Shown: positions 1 through 10,741, numbered from the stretch's first letter. The stretch: DNA of 64,000 nt from Bacteroidia bacterium (GCA_041665785.1 JBAYIE010000003.1:14120-78119); one strand, 5' to 3'. Notes: generated from the letters alone by a model not told the origin. Numbers and translations: made by a program.

Positions 1-974
1 AGTCGGTGGGATTCTTAATCAACCTGAAATCTGAAAACCCTGCTGCGATTATTTCCAATATTGCCGGTTCGGGAGTATCCGATTTTATGTTCATGTTTAC
101 CTCCATCGTTATCCTTACTGCAAGTACCATGTTTGTACTATGGTTAGGTGAGCGTATTACCGATAAAGGTATCGGAAACGGAGTTTCCCTGATCATTATG
201 ATCGGTATTATTGCCCGTTTGCCTTTTGCTTTCTGGGATGAATTCAAGTTTAAACTTACTGAATCGGGTGGTGGACTGGTTATTTTCCTTGTTGAAATTG
301 CGGCCTTGTTTGCCATTGTCATGGGGGTTATTATGCTCGTCCAGGGTACCCGAAAGATTCCTGTACAATACGCCAAACGGATCGTTGGAAACCGTCAGTA
401 CGGAGGAGTACGTCAGTATATCCCCTTAAAAGTAAATGCAGCCGGAGTTATGCCTATCATCTTTGCGCAAGCCCTGATGTTTATTCCATCAACGGTAGCT
501 CAGTTTTTTCCGGATTATGAAAGCATGCAGGGTGTAGTATCAACCTTCATCAATCCGGCATCGTTTGGCTACAACCTTACTTTTGCCGTGCTCATTATTC
601 TGTTTACCTATTTCTACACCGCCATTGCCGTAAATCCGGTACAAATTGCGGATGATATGAAGCGAAACGGTGGTTTCATTCCGGGAATTAAACCGGGAAA
701 AGCCACTTCCAGCTTTATCGATAATGTAATGTCGAGAATTACTTTCCCGGGTTCTATTTTCCTTGCCATCGTGGCTATTTTGCCATCCCTGGCCGGGGTA
801 ATGAACATCAACAGTCAGTTTGCCCAGTTTTATGGGGGAACATCCCTGTTGATCCTTGTTGGAGTAGTTTTGGACACCCTGCAGCAAATTGAAAGTCACC
901 TGTTGATGCGTCACTACGACGGACTGATGAAATCAGGCCGTATAAAGGGCCGCACAGCAGTAGGAGCAGCTTAA
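1..974 (+). CDS. secY: Preprotein translocase subunit SecY, C-terminal part (5' end outside window)
   Basis: ORF 6..974 runs from the window edge. Multi-TM protein whose C-terminal region matches SecY. It is followed by infA-rpmJ-rpsM as in the spc/alpha operon junction. Confidence 0.9.
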   Translation, partial: SVGFLINLKSENPAAIISNIAGSGVSDFMFMFTSIVILTASTMFVLWLGERITDKGIGNGVSLIIMIGIIARLPFAFWDEFKFKLTESGGGLVIFLVEIAALFAIVMGVIMLVQGTRKIPVQYAKRIVGNRQYGGVRQYIPLKVNAAGVMPIIFAQALMFIPSTVAQFFPDYESMQGVVSTFINPASFGYNLTFAVLIILFTYFYTAIAVNPVQIADDMKRNGGFIPGIKPGKATSSFIDNVMSRITFPGSIFLAIVAILPSLAGVMNINSQFAQFYGGTSLLILVGVVLDTLQQIESHLLMRHYDGLMKSGRIKGRTAVGAA

Positions 975-1027
975 ATATGTTTTGTAAATAACAGATCTTA
1001 ACCTATTTTTGCAGCCCCAATAAAAGT

Positions 1028-1246
1028 ATGTCGAAACAATCGCTGATAAAACAAGACGGAGTCATAACTGAATCTTTGTCAAACGCAATGTTCAGAGTCC
1101 GCCTTGAGAATGGTCACGAGATTATCGCCCATATTTCCGGTAAAATGCGTATGCATTATATCAAAATATTACCCGGTGATAAGATTTCGGTGGAGATGTC
1201 GCCATACGATTTGTCGAAAGGAAGAATTATATACAGGTACAAATAA
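1028..1246 (+). CDS. infA: Translation initiation factor IF-1
   Basis: 72 aa with the S1-like IF-1 sequence (…[36 protein letters not shown]). Confidence 0.95.
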   Translation: MSKQSLIKQDGVITESLSNAMFRVRLENGHEIIAHISGKMRMHYIKILPGDKISVEMSPYDLSKGRIIYRYK

Positions 1247-1303
1247 CAGAAACGAAGCATAGCAAGTTTCGATGGACCGAAGAAAGAGATAAAAAAGTAA
1301 CAC

Positions 1304-1420
1304 ATGAAAATAAGAGCATCTGTTAAGAAGCGCAGTGAAGACTGCATCATTGTTAAACGTCACGGGAGAGTGTACGTGATAAACAAGAAGAATCCGAAAT
1401 TTAAACAACGTCAAGGTTAA
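1304..1420 (+). CDS. rpmJ: 50S ribosomal protein L36
   Basis: Hand-translated 38 aa ORF ([38 protein letters not shown]) between infA and rpsM. It is absent from the ORF track because it is under 60 aa. The operon position is canonical. Confidence 0.85.
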   Translation: MKIRASVKKRSEDCIIVKRHGRVYVINKKNPKFKQRQG

Positions 1421-1429
1421 TAAGAAATT

Positions 1430-1807
1430 ATGGCACGTATATCAGGTATTGATTTACCAAAGAACAAACGGGGTGATATTGGACTCACCTATATTTTCGG
1501 AATCGGTCGTTCAACCGCAGTGGCTATTCTGAACGAAAGTGGAGTGGAACTGGCCAAGAAAGTACAGGACTGGAACGACGATGATTTGAATAAAATCCGT
1601 AAGTATATTACCGATCATGTATTGGTAGAAGGGGAATTGCGTTCAGAAAAACAATTGAACATAAAGCGTTTGATGGATATTGGTTGTTACCGTGGATTGA
1701 GGCACCGTAAAGGGTTGCCGGTTCGTGGTCAGCGTACCCGTACCAATTCACGTACCCGTAAAGGAAAACGTAAGACAGTTGCAGGTAAGAAAAAAGTGAC
1801 TAAGTAA
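1430..1807 (+). CDS. rpsM: 30S ribosomal protein S13
   Basis: 125 aa, [10 protein letters not shown]… with a basic C-terminus; classic S13. Confidence 0.95.
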   Translation: MARISGIDLPKNKRGDIGLTYIFGIGRSTAVAILNESGVELAKKVQDWNDDDLNKIRKYITDHVLVEGELRSEKQLNIKRLMDIGCYRGLRHRKGLPVRGQRTRTNSRTRKGKRKTVAGKKKVTK

Positions 1808-1827
1808 TCAGTAAGTAATCAAGTAAA

Positions 1828-2229
1828 ATGGCAGCGAATACTTCAGGTGCTAAGAAAGTTAGCAAGAAAAGGAATGTAGCAATTGACTCTACCGGACAGG
1901 TACATATCAAGGCTACGTTCAATAATGTGATTATCTCCATCACCAACAGCAAAGGTCAGGTGATCAGCTGGGCTTCGGCAGGAAAAATGGGATTCAGGGG
2001 TTCTAAGAAAAATACGCCGTATGCAGCTCAAACTGCAGCGTCGGATTGTGCTAAAGTAGCCGTTGATCTGGGTCTTAAGAAAGTGGATGTGTTTGTAAAA
2101 GGACCAGGCTCAGGCCGCGACTCTGCTATCCGTACCCTGGCCATTGCCGGACTGGAAGTAATGTCGATCCGCGATATTACCCCGATGCCACACAACGGCT
2201 GTCGCCCACCAAAAAGCAGGAGAGTATAA
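1828..2229 (+). CDS. rpsK: 30S ribosomal protein S11
   Basis: 133 aa with S11 signature (…PYAAQ…[13 protein letters not shown]…). Confidence 0.95.
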   Translation: MAANTSGAKKVSKKRNVAIDSTGQVHIKATFNNVIISITNSKGQVISWASAGKMGFRGSKKNTPYAAQTAASDCAKVAVDLGLKKVDVFVKGPGSGRDSAIRTLAIAGLEVMSIRDITPMPHNGCRPPKSRRV

Positions 2230-2251
2230 TTTTTTATAAACAAGATTTAGC

Positions 2252-2860
2252 ATGGCAAGATATATAGGACCAAAAACCAAGATCGCTAGAAGGTTTAAAG
2301 AGCCGATCTTCGGACCCGATAAGGTATTCGAAAAAAGAAATTTCCCTCCGGGACAACATGGCAATTCGCGCAGAAGAACTAAGCTGACAGAATATGCCAT
2401 TCAGTTATCGGAAAAACAAAAAGCAAAATATACCTACGGAGTGTTGGAACGTCAGTTCTACAAAACATTTGAAGAGGCATCCCGCAAAAAAGGAATCACT
2501 GGTGAAAACCTGTTGAAATACCTCGAAGCACGCCTCGACAATACCGTCTACCGCCTGGGTATCGCACCAACCCGTGCAGCTGCACGTCAGTTGGTATCGC
2601 ATCGCCATATTACCGTAAATGGTAAAGTGGTGAATATTTCATCCTTCTCGGTTCGTCCGGGTGATGTAGTTGCGGTTCGCGAAAAATCAAAAACCCTGGA
2701 GTCTATTCTGGATGCGGTTAGAACCGGTCATCCACGTAAATTCAACTGGTTGAACTGGGACGAGAAGGCAATGTCTGGTACATTCCTGTCGTATCCTGAA
2801 AGAGACCAGATCCCGGAAAATATCAAGGAACAACTCATCGTCGAATTGTATTCTAAATAA
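2252..2860 (+). CDS. rpsD: 30S ribosomal protein S4
   Basis: 202 aa, MARYIGPK…, with the S4 domain. Confidence 0.95.
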   Translation: MARYIGPKTKIARRFKEPIFGPDKVFEKRNFPPGQHGNSRRRTKLTEYAIQLSEKQKAKYTYGVLERQFYKTFEEASRKKGITGENLLKYLEARLDNTVYRLGIAPTRAAARQLVSHRHITVNGKVVNISSFSVRPGDVVAVREKSKTLESILDAVRTGHPRKFNWLNWDEKAMSGTFLSYPERDQIPENIKEQLIVELYSK

Positions 2861-2883
2861 TCAATCAATTAATTATAAAATAA

Positions 2884-3876
2884 ATGGCCATACTCGCTTT
2901 TCAAAAACCGGATAAAGTAATTATGCATAAGGAGACTGACTTCTACGGTCAGTTCGAATTCCGCCCATTGGAAAAAGGATACGGAGTTACTATTGGTAAC
3001 GCGTTACGCAGAATCCTCTTGTCTTCCTTGGAAGGATACGCAATTACTTCGGTTAAATTTGCTGGTGTTGATCATGAGTTCTCTACGATCAAAGGCGTGA
3101 TTGAAGATGTTGTGGAAATCGTTTTGAACCTGAAACAAATCCGCTTCAAGCGTATAGTTGACGGTATTGACTCTGAGAAAATATTCATCAATATCAAAGG
3201 CCAGGAGCAGTTTTCGGCAGGAGATATCACCAAGCAGACCAATACATTTAAAGTATTGAATCCTGAACTGATCATCTGCCACATGGATCCAAAAACCCAT
3301 CTGGAAATTGAATTAACCGTTGAAAAAGGTCGTGGTTATGTTCCTGCAGAGGAAAACAAACCCAAGGATGCAGTGATTGGTTTAATTCCGATTGATGCCA
3401 TCTTTACACCTATCAAAAACGTAAAATATGCAGTAGAAGATTACCGCGTAGAGCAAAAGATCGATTACGAAAAGCTGACCCTCGAAATTGCTACCGATGG
3501 ATCCATTCATCCGGAAGATTCTCTGAAGGAAGCTGCTAAAATTCTGATCCAGCACTTTATGTTGTTCTCCGATGAGCTGATTACTCTGGACAGCCAGGTA
3601 AAAGAAGCTCCTGCTGAAGTAGACGAAAATATCCTGCATATCCGTAAGATTCTGAAGACTCCATTGTCTGATCTGGATCTTTCTGTACGTGCATACAACT
3701 GCCTCAAGGCGGCCGATATCAAGTCGCTTTCAGATCTGGTAAGCTACGATATCGGTGATCTGTTAAAATTCAGAAACTTTGGAAAGAAATCGCTTTCTGA
3801 ATTGGAAGAGCTGGTACGCGACAAAGGTTTGACCTTTGGCATGGACGTAGCTAAATACCTGTCAAACGAAGAATAA
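2884..3876 (+). CDS. rpoA: DNA-directed RNA polymerase subunit alpha
   Basis: 330 aa with N-terminal dimerisation region and an alpha-CTD (…[14 protein letters not shown]…). Confidence 0.95.
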   Translation: MAILAFQKPDKVIMHKETDFYGQFEFRPLEKGYGVTIGNALRRILLSSLEGYAITSVKFAGVDHEFSTIKGVIEDVVEIVLNLKQIRFKRIVDGIDSEKIFINIKGQEQFSAGDITKQTNTFKVLNPELIICHMDPKTHLEIELTVEKGRGYVPAEENKPKDAVIGLIPIDAIFTPIKNVKYAVEDYRVEQKIDYEKLTLEIATDGSIHPEDSLKEAAKILIQHFMLFSDELITLDSQVKEAPAEVDENILHIRKILKTPLSDLDLSVRAYNCLKAADIKSLSDLVSYDIGDLLKFRNFGKKSLSELEELVRDKGLTFGMDVAKYLSNEE

Positions 3877-3924
3877 TAGTGAATAACCGTTGCCGCTTCC
3901 AAAACGGCAAGCAATAGAAATACA

Positions 3925-4413
3925 ATGAGACACGGAAATACAGTAAATAAATTGAGTAGGACCGCATCGCACCGCAGAGCGATGTTGAGTAATATGGCTA
4001 CTTCTCTTATCTTACACAAGAAGATTACTACAACTTTGGCGAAAGCAAAAGCATTGCGCAAGTATGTGGAGCCTATGATTACCAAGGCTAAAGAAGATTC
4101 TACCCATACCCGCAGAACAGTTTTCAGTTATCTGCAAAACAAAGAAGCAGTGAAAGAATTGTTCGGAACAGTGGCTGAAAAAGTAGGCACACGTCCGGGA
4201 GGATACACCCGCATCCTGAAACTGATGAACCGTAAAGGCGATAATGCTGAAATGGCCATCATGGAACTGGTAGATTTCAATGAAATCATGTTGGCTGAAA
4301 AATCAGCTAAAGGTGGTGCAGCAAAGAAAACTACCCGTCGTGGTCGCAAGCCTGTTGCGAAGAAAACTGAAACAACAGCAACCGAAACAAAAGAAGAAAA
4401 CACAGCAGAATAA
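3925..4413 (+). CDS. rplQ: 50S ribosomal protein L17
   Basis: 162 aa, [21 protein letters not shown]…, with a lysine-rich C-terminal tail. Confidence 0.93.
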   Translation: MRHGNTVNKLSRTASHRRAMLSNMATSLILHKKITTTLAKAKALRKYVEPMITKAKEDSTHTRRTVFSYLQNKEAVKELFGTVAEKVGTRPGGYTRILKLMNRKGDNAEMAIMELVDFNEIMLAEKSAKGGAAKKTTRRGRKPVAKKTETTATETKEENTAE

Positions 4414-4434
4414 ATACTGCATAACCTATTCCGG

Positions 4435-4473
4435 CAGCCGGTCACCGCAAGGTCGACCGGCTGTTGTGTTTTT
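4435..4473 (+). terminator. Rho-independent terminator closing the r-protein/rpoA operon
   Basis: Perfect 9-bp stem cagccggtc…gaccggctg followed by ttgtgttttt, directly after the rplQ stop. Confidence 0.6.
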
Positions 4474-5830
4474 AGCGGCCCAGGAACTCGCTGCGGATTC
4501 GGGGATAGAAAGTATCGATGAGTATATTTCCGGCTTTCTTATAAGCCTCTAAACCGGCTGTTTCGGCAGTTGACTGATAGCCTTTGATGTTTTGCAATGC
4601 ATCTTTGTAAACTTCATTGGATGCAGCATTATCCGTAATGCTGAGTGTGAGGTCGAGGCTTGCTCCTAATGTGTTTTTATAAATCATTCCCAGGTTGCGT
4701 GTATCGGAAGTCAATACAATCGAATAATCAGCTTCCCCGGGAGTTTTAACAAACACACAACCGTCGTCGATAAACAATCTTTTTATAATAGGTTCCAGCG
4801 TATTTCCGGTAGTGGGTTTAGAAATATTGAGTTCCTTGCAACTCAGGTATAATTTCAATGGATTGTTGGAAAGGTTGATCACCAACGAAGGCCAGTTAAT
4901 GTATTGCAGCAATTGTTTCAGTACCAAATTCAAACTGTCGCGGGCCATCGCTTTCTCCGAATCGAATCGCAATATTACATAGGTACCTTTGGTGCGTAAC
5001 TGTGCCGCATCCATAATCAATTTACCTTGCTGATCACTTACAAAGGAATAGCGCGTTTTGCCCGGTGTACTTTTGTCGGAAAGTCCAAGCGGAATACCAG
5101 TGAGGGGAGAGTTGCCTGATTTCAGGTTGATATGAATAGTAACAGACCGCAATTGCTTAACAGAATCTGCGGCAGGTCTAACCAAATCAATAGCATTCAT
5201 CTGGTTTTGGATAGACGAAAGCATTTCATTAACCAGGTAAACTTGTTTACCATTCACCACCGTTTGCAAGTCGGCATCGAGGTATTCCTGAATTTCTTTT
5301 AGTGCAAGGATTTTGAATTGAAAGGCCTGCATGAACGATTGCCTTAAATCAGCCTGTTGAGCGCGCTGATACAAATCTTCTGCACGATCCACAGCCAATT
5401 GCATTTTCCTTCTTTTGGCAGCCAGATACTGCTCTCGCGATAACCGGTAAAAGACCCAATAGGTTTCCTGATCTTCCCAACTGTCTACCAGTTCAAAATC
5501 TTCAATGGTTTGCAAGGCACTAATGCGGGTCTGTGATTCGAACTGCTGCCGAAATTCCTGATTAACCTGGAATTGAGATAAGGCAGAGTTTGCTGTTACA
5601 GTAACCTTAATTTCAGAAATCAGATCGTTGAGCGCATTCTTCTTGGCAACTTGCTGAAATTCGGTGGGGGAGGCATTCTTGGATGCAATACCAATTCCAA
5701 CATAGTAAGCAGACTGTATGGGTCGGGACTGAACCCATTCAGGTTTTGCCCTGGCTTTAACCCGCTGGGCATTGCAACTGCCTGTGAAAAGCAGCAGCAC
5801 AATGAATCCGATGGATGCAAATAGTCTCAC
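4472..5830 (-). CDS. LPP20-like lipoprotein (N-terminal LPP20 domain, long C-terminal extension)
   Basis: Lipoprotein signal MRLFASIGFIVLLLFTGSC. N-terminal region resembles the LPP20 lipoprotein family (YYVGIGIASK…ALNDLISEIKVTV). Function unknown. Confidence 0.55.
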   Translation of the reverse strand: MRLFASIGFIVLLLFTGSCNAQRVKARAKPEWVQSRPIQSAYYVGIGIASKNASPTEFQQVAKKNALNDLISEIKVTVTANSALSQFQVNQEFRQQFESQTRISALQTIEDFELVDSWEDQETYWVFYRLSREQYLAAKRRKMQLAVDRAEDLYQRAQQADLRQSFMQAFQFKILALKEIQEYLDADLQTVVNGKQVYLVNEMLSSIQNQMNAIDLVRPAADSVKQLRSVTIHINLKSGNSPLTGIPLGLSDKSTPGKTRYSFVSDQQGKLIMDAAQLRTKGTYVILRFDSEKAMARDSLNLVLKQLLQYINWPSLVINLSNNPLKLYLSCKELNISKPTTGNTLEPIIKRLFIDDGCVFVKTPGEADYSIVLTSDTRNLGMIYKNTLGASLDLTLSITDNAASNEVYKDALQNIKGYQSTAETAGLEAYKKAGNILIDTFYPRIRSEFLGR

Positions 5831-5881
5831 AGCAATCGCTTATGATGTTTTATAAATAGAATTGGAAAAGGGAACAGGGCA

Positions 5882-6478
5882 TTAATTGCCCCGTTCTTTT
5901 GCAAGATTTTCCATCTCCTTGTTAAAGATTTCTTCAAACTTCTTTTTATCGTAATCCTGTTCCAGTTTTTTGTTGGCACCAATACCTTTGTCGATGCCGT
6001 TCATTACAGCCTGTTTATTGGCTTCAATGGCTACCCAATAGGTAAAGGTATTGTTGGTTTCCTTGAAGATTTTTTCGCCAATGATGCGCACATCCACCAG
6101 TTGCTGATTGGTAACTTCGCGGCTCAATTCTTCAAATTTATTCGCAAATTCCTGGGCATCGCTTACCTGACGCTGATTGGTATACTGTTCGGTAACTTTT
6201 TTGATGGTGGTTTGAATCAGTCCGGCCATTTCTGATTTGGCGTTTTGCAGGGCTATCTTTTTGGAGGTAGTCATATCGGGGCTATTTCCGGAAGATTTAG
6301 CCCTGAAATTCTCCTTGTTGCTTTGATATTCAGTTGTACTAAATGGCACAGATATTTCAATGGCACCGGTTTGTTTCTCGATCGGAGTACCTTTTTTCGA
6401 TTTACAGGAAATCAAAGTGGCAGAAACCCCGGAAATGAATAAGGCCGTTAATAACAGCTTGTTGATGTTGGTTTTCAT
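5882..6478 (-). CDS. LPP20 family lipoprotein
   Basis: ORF 5882..6520 trimmed to the internal Met that begins a lipobox signal (MKTNINKLLLTALFISGVSATLISC). LPP20-like core. Confidence 0.55.
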   Translation of the reverse strand: MKTNINKLLLTALFISGVSATLISCKSKKGTPIEKQTGAIEISVPFSTTEYQSNKENFRAKSSGNSPDMTTSKKIALQNAKSEMAGLIQTTIKKVTEQYTNQRQVSDAQEFANKFEELSREVTNQQLVDVRIIGEKIFKETNNTFTYWVAIEANKQAVMNGIDKGIGANKKLEQDYDKKKFEEIFNKEMENLAKERGN

Positions 6479-6548
6479 GTTGGAATGCATTAACTGATCA
6501 AAATTAGTAATATCAGACACTATTCAAATGCAGTGCCAAACTTTTGTT

Positions 6549-6620
6549 GGTTAATGGTTATTGAGTATTCGTTATTTGGTTATTGAGTTATTCGTTATTG
6601 AGTTAATCGGTTATTGCGTG
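6549..6620. repeat. Intergenic short tandem repeat (ggttattgagt-attcgttatt units); reverse complement carries the AATAACCATTAACC core
   Basis: About 2.5 units of a roughly 21-bp repeat read directly in the sequence. Its reverse complement contains ctcaataaccattaaccaac. Confidence 0.5.
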
Positions 6621-6776
6621 TAACATTACGCAGATAAATTGTCTGGAATAATAGTTTAAGCAGTTAAGTTTAAACGATGATTTGTGACAATTGCTATTTA
6701 CGCTGATATGGTTTCAGCAATTCGCCCACCTTCTGCAAGGCAAGAATCTGTACTCCGTAATCCGCACTTCGGACTA

Positions 6777-7463
6777 TTACGATTGCGTGTCGTTTTCTAT
6801 AATTCCATCACGCAGCCGCACAATACGCTTGGCTCTTCGGGCAATATCTTCTTCATGTGTTACCACAATTACCGTATTGCCCTGTTGATGGATATGTTCA
6901 ATCAACTCCATAATTTCATACGAAGTTTTTGAATCCAGATTACCGGTTGGTTCATCGGCCAGGATCATTGAAGGGTTGTTGATCAAGGCACGCGCGATAG
7001 CTACACGTTGTCGTTGTCCGCCAGATAATTCATTGGGTTTATGATGCATGCGATCGGCCAAACTTACACTGGCCAATGTTGTTTCAGCACGGGCACGGCG
7101 TTCTTTCTTGCCATAACCGGCGTAAACCAGCGGCAGCGCTACATTTTCCAATGCAGTGCTTCGTGGCAGAAGATTAAATGTTTGAAAAACAAATCCAATT
7201 TCCTTATTCCGGATTTCGGCCAGTTCGTTATCGGAAAGATCGCTTACATCCTGATTGTTCAAAATGTATTTTCCGGATGTAGGTGTGTCGAGGCAGCCCA
7301 GAATATTCATGAGAGTAGATTTACCTGAACCTGACGGTCCCATCAATGCCACATATTCTCCCTTTTGAATTTGCAGTGATATCCCGCGCAGCGCCTGTAC
7401 TTCCACATCACCAATCTTGAAATGCCGTGTAATATTGGTTAGTTCAATGACCGGTTGTGCCAT
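6777..7463 (-). CDS. ABC transporter ATP-binding protein (LolD/MacB/FtsE-like), no adjacent permease
   Basis: Walker [13 protein letters not shown] signature LSGGQRQR, Walker [12 protein letters not shown]. Confidence 0.85.
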   Translation of the reverse strand: MAQPVIELTNITRHFKIGDVEVQALRGISLQIQKGEYVALMGPSGSGKSTLMNILGCLDTPTSGKYILNNQDVSDLSDNELAEIRNKEIGFVFQTFNLLPRSTALENVALPLVYAGYGKKERRARAETTLASVSLADRMHHKPNELSGGQRQRVAIARALINNPSMILADEPTGNLDSKTSYEIMELIEHIHQQGNTVIVVTHEEDIARRAKRIVRLRDGIIENDTQS

Positions 7464-7468
7464 GCCGT

Positions 7469-7759
7469 TTATTTGTCTAGGAATTTAGGTACGCGGAAAT
7501 AATCCGAATCCTTTTTGGGGGCATTGAGCAATGCTTCTTCGTGCGTAATGGATGAAATAACTTCATCGTCGCGCAAAATATTTTCACCTTCCGCCATAAA
7601 GATCAACGGTTCAATGCCGGTTGTATCCAATTCATTCAGCTTGTCTACAAAATTAACCACCTTAGCCATGTCCGACTTAATGTTTTCTTTTTCGGCTCCT
7701 TCAAATTCAAGTTTGGCCAGATCGGCCAGTTTATCGATCAACTCATTGGTAATATCCAT
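7469..7759 (-). CDS. gatC: Asp-tRNA(Asn)/Glu-tRNA(Gln) amidotransferase subunit C
   Basis: 96 aa acidic protein, [19 protein letters not shown]…, typical GatC. Confidence 0.85.
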   Translation of the reverse strand: MDITNELIDKLADLAKLEFEGAEKENIKSDMAKVVNFVDKLNELDTTGIEPLIFMAEGENILRDDEVISSITHEEALLNAPKKDSDYFRVPKFLDK

Positions 7760-8489
7760 ACGCTGCTAATTTCTGTTCAATAATACGGAAAACTTTTTGC
7801 TTCAGTTCACCTGTTTGCCTGCTGGTCATTCCCAGGGTTGAAATAGGTTTATGAACATACTGGATTACTCTTCCGGGTTTAAAATTAAAGGGTCCGAAAT
7901 CCGATGCAAGTTTCCAGTTACCAATAATGGTAACAGGTACAACGTCTACTTGCTGTTCAATAGCCATTTTAAATGCACCGTCTTTAAATGCACTTAATTT
8001 AGGTGTCATGCTTGAAATTGTCCCTTCCGGAAAAATAACCAGATTATTTCCGTTTTTCAGGTGGTCTAAACCCCGTTGATAGGCAATCACTGTTTTTCTT
8101 GAATTATTCAGGTCGATTGGAATATCGATCGTACGTATAAAAATGCCAAACAAGGGTATATGCTGTATTTCTTCTCTTGCCATGTAGCTGATATCGACAC
8201 CTAATCTGCCTACAAGCGTAAGCATATCCAGCTTTGATGTATGATTGGGTGTAATTACATATGGTTTGTACTTCATCAAAGGTTCTTCAAAAATCTGCTC
8301 AATGCGTATAAATCCCCAGAATAAGCACCAGTTGACCCATGCTCTGCGTACGATCTGAGCATAAAAGAACCATTTTTTTCTGCTCAAAAGCAAAGCAAGC
8401 AGGGGGTAAACTGCGAGAAACCCGATTCCTGACCAAAATATCATCCAACTGGTCCAAAAGGAAGGACGTTTGATTTTATTCGGATTCAT
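7743..8489 (-). CDS. plsC: 1-acyl-sn-glycerol-3-phosphate acyltransferase family protein (paralog 1)
   Basis: HX4D acyltransferase motif (ITPNHTSKLD) and N-terminal TM segment. Confidence 0.8.
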   Translation of the reverse strand: MNPNKIKRPSFWTSWMIFWSGIGFLAVYPLLALLLSRKKWFFYAQIVRRAWVNWCLFWGFIRIEQIFEEPLMKYKPYVITPNHTSKLDMLTLVGRLGVDISYMAREEIQHIPLFGIFIRTIDIPIDLNNSRKTVIAYQRGLDHLKNGNNLVIFPEGTISSMTPKLSAFKDGAFKMAIEQQVDVVPVTIIGNWKLASDFGPFNFKPGRVIQYVHKPISTLGMTSRQTGELKQKVFRIIEQKLAAYGYYQ

Positions 8490-8550
8490 GATCGGATTTT
8501 GCTATTTGTGGCCGAAACGATATGTTGTTTAACTTCAATATGGTTGGAGT

Positions 8551-9291
8551 TCAGTAACCAAATTCAGCTAATTTAGCCTCCATGATTTTTTTCACTTCAT
8601 CCATCAACTCTCCAATTTGATTGATGTGCATGCCTTTTGTAGGAATGGGTTGATGAATGTATTGTATAACACTGCCCGGCATAAAATGTCTTTTTCCATA
8701 TTCAGGCAACACTTTCCAGTTTCCAATGATGGTTACAGGCAATACAGGAACTTGCTTTTCTATGGCTAATTTAAATGCACCTTCTTTAAAACGACCCAAT
8801 TTTGGAGTATGACTGGGAATGGTACCTTCCGGATAAATTACAATGCTTTTTCCTTCGCCCAATTGTTTTAAAGCTTTCTGATATGCTTGTGCAGCATGCC
8901 TTACATTTTTCCGATCTACTGCAATATCGATGGTTCTGAAAAATATGCCAAAAACCGGAACTTTTGCCAATTCCATTTTTGCCATAAAATTAAAATCCAT
9001 TTTCAGTTTACCAGTCAGGGTAACAATATCCAGTTGCGAAGAATGATTAGGCGTAATAACATAGGGTTTGTGCCGGTTGAAGGGTTTTTCTATAATTTGC
9101 TTTACCCGTATTCCACCCCAGAAAAAAAGCCACCAGGCCCATACCCTGCGAATTTTATGCGCCGTTGAATACCATTTGGGATTACTTAAAGTGATGGCAA
9201 ATGCAGGATATAAAAGCAGCAAGCCCATTACAAACCAAAAGCCAAACCATAAGGCCAGTGCAACTTTAAATACATGCTTTATTTGCGACAT
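8551..9291 (-). CDS. plsC: 1-acyl-sn-glycerol-3-phosphate acyltransferase family protein (paralog 2)
   Basis: ITPNHSSQLD motif. Same length and architecture as the adjacent gene; tandem paralogs. Confidence 0.8.
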   Translation of the reverse strand: MSQIKHVFKVALALWFGFWFVMGLLLLYPAFAITLSNPKWYSTAHKIRRVWAWWLFFWGGIRVKQIIEKPFNRHKPYVITPNHSSQLDIVTLTGKLKMDFNFMAKMELAKVPVFGIFFRTIDIAVDRKNVRHAAQAYQKALKQLGEGKSIVIYPEGTIPSHTPKLGRFKEGAFKLAIEKQVPVLPVTIIGNWKVLPEYGKRHFMPGSVIQYIHQPIPTKGMHINQIGELMDEVKKIMEAKLAEFGY

Positions 9292-9292
9292 A

Positions 9293-9934
9293 TTATTTAC
9301 CCCACGAATCAGGCATTTGACGCCATTGACTAAGCACTTCCAACTGACCGGCCTGTACTATTCCTTTTTCAATAGCTACCTGAATTAAGGTATGATAATC
9401 GCATAAAGAAAACATGGGACATTTAGCCTCTTCAAATGCTTTCACCGACGCATCAAATCCATAGGTAAAAATAGAAACCATACCTACTACCTCACATCCA
9501 TAAGTGCGCAATGACTCAACGGCTTGCAGGCTGCTTTTGCCGGTTGATACCAGATCTTCCACAACCACTACTTTTTGTCCTGGTATAATAGCCCCTTCAA
9601 TTTGCTTACCCATTCCGTGTTTTTTAGCTTCGCTTCTTACATAGCCAAAGGGCAATCCTATTTCATCGGCAGCAAGTACACCTGGTGCAATGCCTGCAGT
9701 AGCTACACCAATTACAGCCTGAGATTCCGGAAATTGAGTTTGAATGGCTTTCCCTAACGCCTGTTTGATAAATTTACGCACTTCGGGAAAAGAAAGCGAG
9801 AGACGGTTATCGCTATAAATTGGGGATTTCCAGCCTGAAGTCCAAGTGAATGGTTGTTCGGGACTCAGTTTGATGGCGTTTATTTGTAACAAATATTCTG
9901 CTATCTTAGCGGCTGTTGTCTCAGTAGAATGCAT
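9293..9934 (-). CDS. pyrE: Orotate phosphoribosyltransferase
   Basis: PRTase motif [16 protein letters not shown] 9293..10129 trimmed to Met66 ([16 protein letters not shown]…), giving the canonical 213 aa. Confidence 0.85.
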   Translation of the reverse strand: MHSTETTAAKIAEYLLQINAIKLSPEQPFTWTSGWKSPIYSDNRLSLSFPEVRKFIKQALGKAIQTQFPESQAVIGVATAGIAPGVLAADEIGLPFGYVRSEAKKHGMGKQIEGAIIPGQKVVVVEDLVSTGKSSLQAVESLRTYGCEVVGMVSIFTYGFDASVKAFEEAKCPMFSLCDYHTLIQVAIEKGIVQAGQLEVLSQWRQMPDSWGK

Positions 9935-9941
9935 CAGGCAA

Positions 9942-10556
9942 ATGTATAAAATTTTCATCAACGAGAAACCCTTTATCATCACTTCATCCGACATTTCTGA
10001 CAAAATGTATGCGGCTTGCCGGAGGGTGCAACATGATGCAGGTACAACGCTTGACCTGATCCGGGAATGCGAGGGGATGCGAAGCAAAGGGTTTGTGGTT
10101 TTATGCGACGATGAGGAATATGCATTCAAAGATTTTTACACCCATTTTGTGGCTATTGAAGCAGCAGGCGGGATGGTATTCAATGATACAGGCGATGTGC
10201 TCTTAATAAAAAGGTTGGGTAAATGGGACCTGCCTAAGGGTAAAATCGATGGGGATGAAACCCCTCCGGAAGCAGCATTACGGGAAGTGAAAGAGGAATG
10301 TGGGATTGGAATACTGAAGTTAATCAAAGAAATTCAGGTTACGTACCATACCTACAAAATGCACAACCACCGTTTTTTAAAATTAACATATTGGTATCTA
10401 ATGTCGACTTCATGGAAAGAGACACTGATTCCACAAAAGGAAGAACATATTACAGAAGCCAAATGGTTTAATACAAAAGAATTGAATCTGGAAGAATTGG
10501 ATACCTATCTGTCTATTAGCGACCTTTTAAAAACGGTTATTCGTATAGAAAACTAA
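9942..10556 (+). CDS. NUDIX hydrolase with N-terminal extension
   Basis: Nudix box [23 protein letters not shown]. Start placed at [11 protein letters not shown] (internal Met of ORF 9846..10556). An alternative start at 10005 is possible. Confidence 0.7.
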   Translation: MYKIFINEKPFIITSSDISDKMYAACRRVQHDAGTTLDLIRECEGMRSKGFVVLCDDEEYAFKDFYTHFVAIEAAGGMVFNDTGDVLLIKRLGKWDLPKGKIDGDETPPEAALREVKEECGIGILKLIKEIQVTYHTYKMHNHRFLKLTYWYLMSTSWKETLIPQKEEHITEAKWFNTKELNLEELDTYLSISDLLKTVIRIEN

Positions 10557-10633
10557 ACATTTTGAAACTATACTGGTAATTTTTGCGTTGTACGTTAAAT
10601 TTTTATATACTTTTGTATATACATAAGACCTGC

Positions 10634-10741
10634 ATGAAAAAAATACTTATCTTATTGACTGTGTGTTCACTACTGATTTTAGGCTCATGCAAAAGCACCT
10701 GTCCTAAATTTTCAATAGACCTTAGCAGCATCCTTCGTTAA
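10634..10741 (+). CDS. Possible small lipoprotein (35 aa)
   Basis: Hand-translated MKKILILLTVCSLLILGSCKSTCPKFSIDLSSILR, a signal peptide with lipobox Cys. Very short, so it may not be expressed. Confidence 0.25.
   Translation: MKKILILLTVCSLLILGSCKSTCPKFSIDLSSILR

Noticed and set aside
9935-10129. 65-aa N-terminal extension of the pyrE ORF (278 aa versus canonical about 213 aa)
   Set aside because: The extension has no PyrE homology and overlaps the divergent NUDIX gene. The internal Met gives a canonical-length PyrE.
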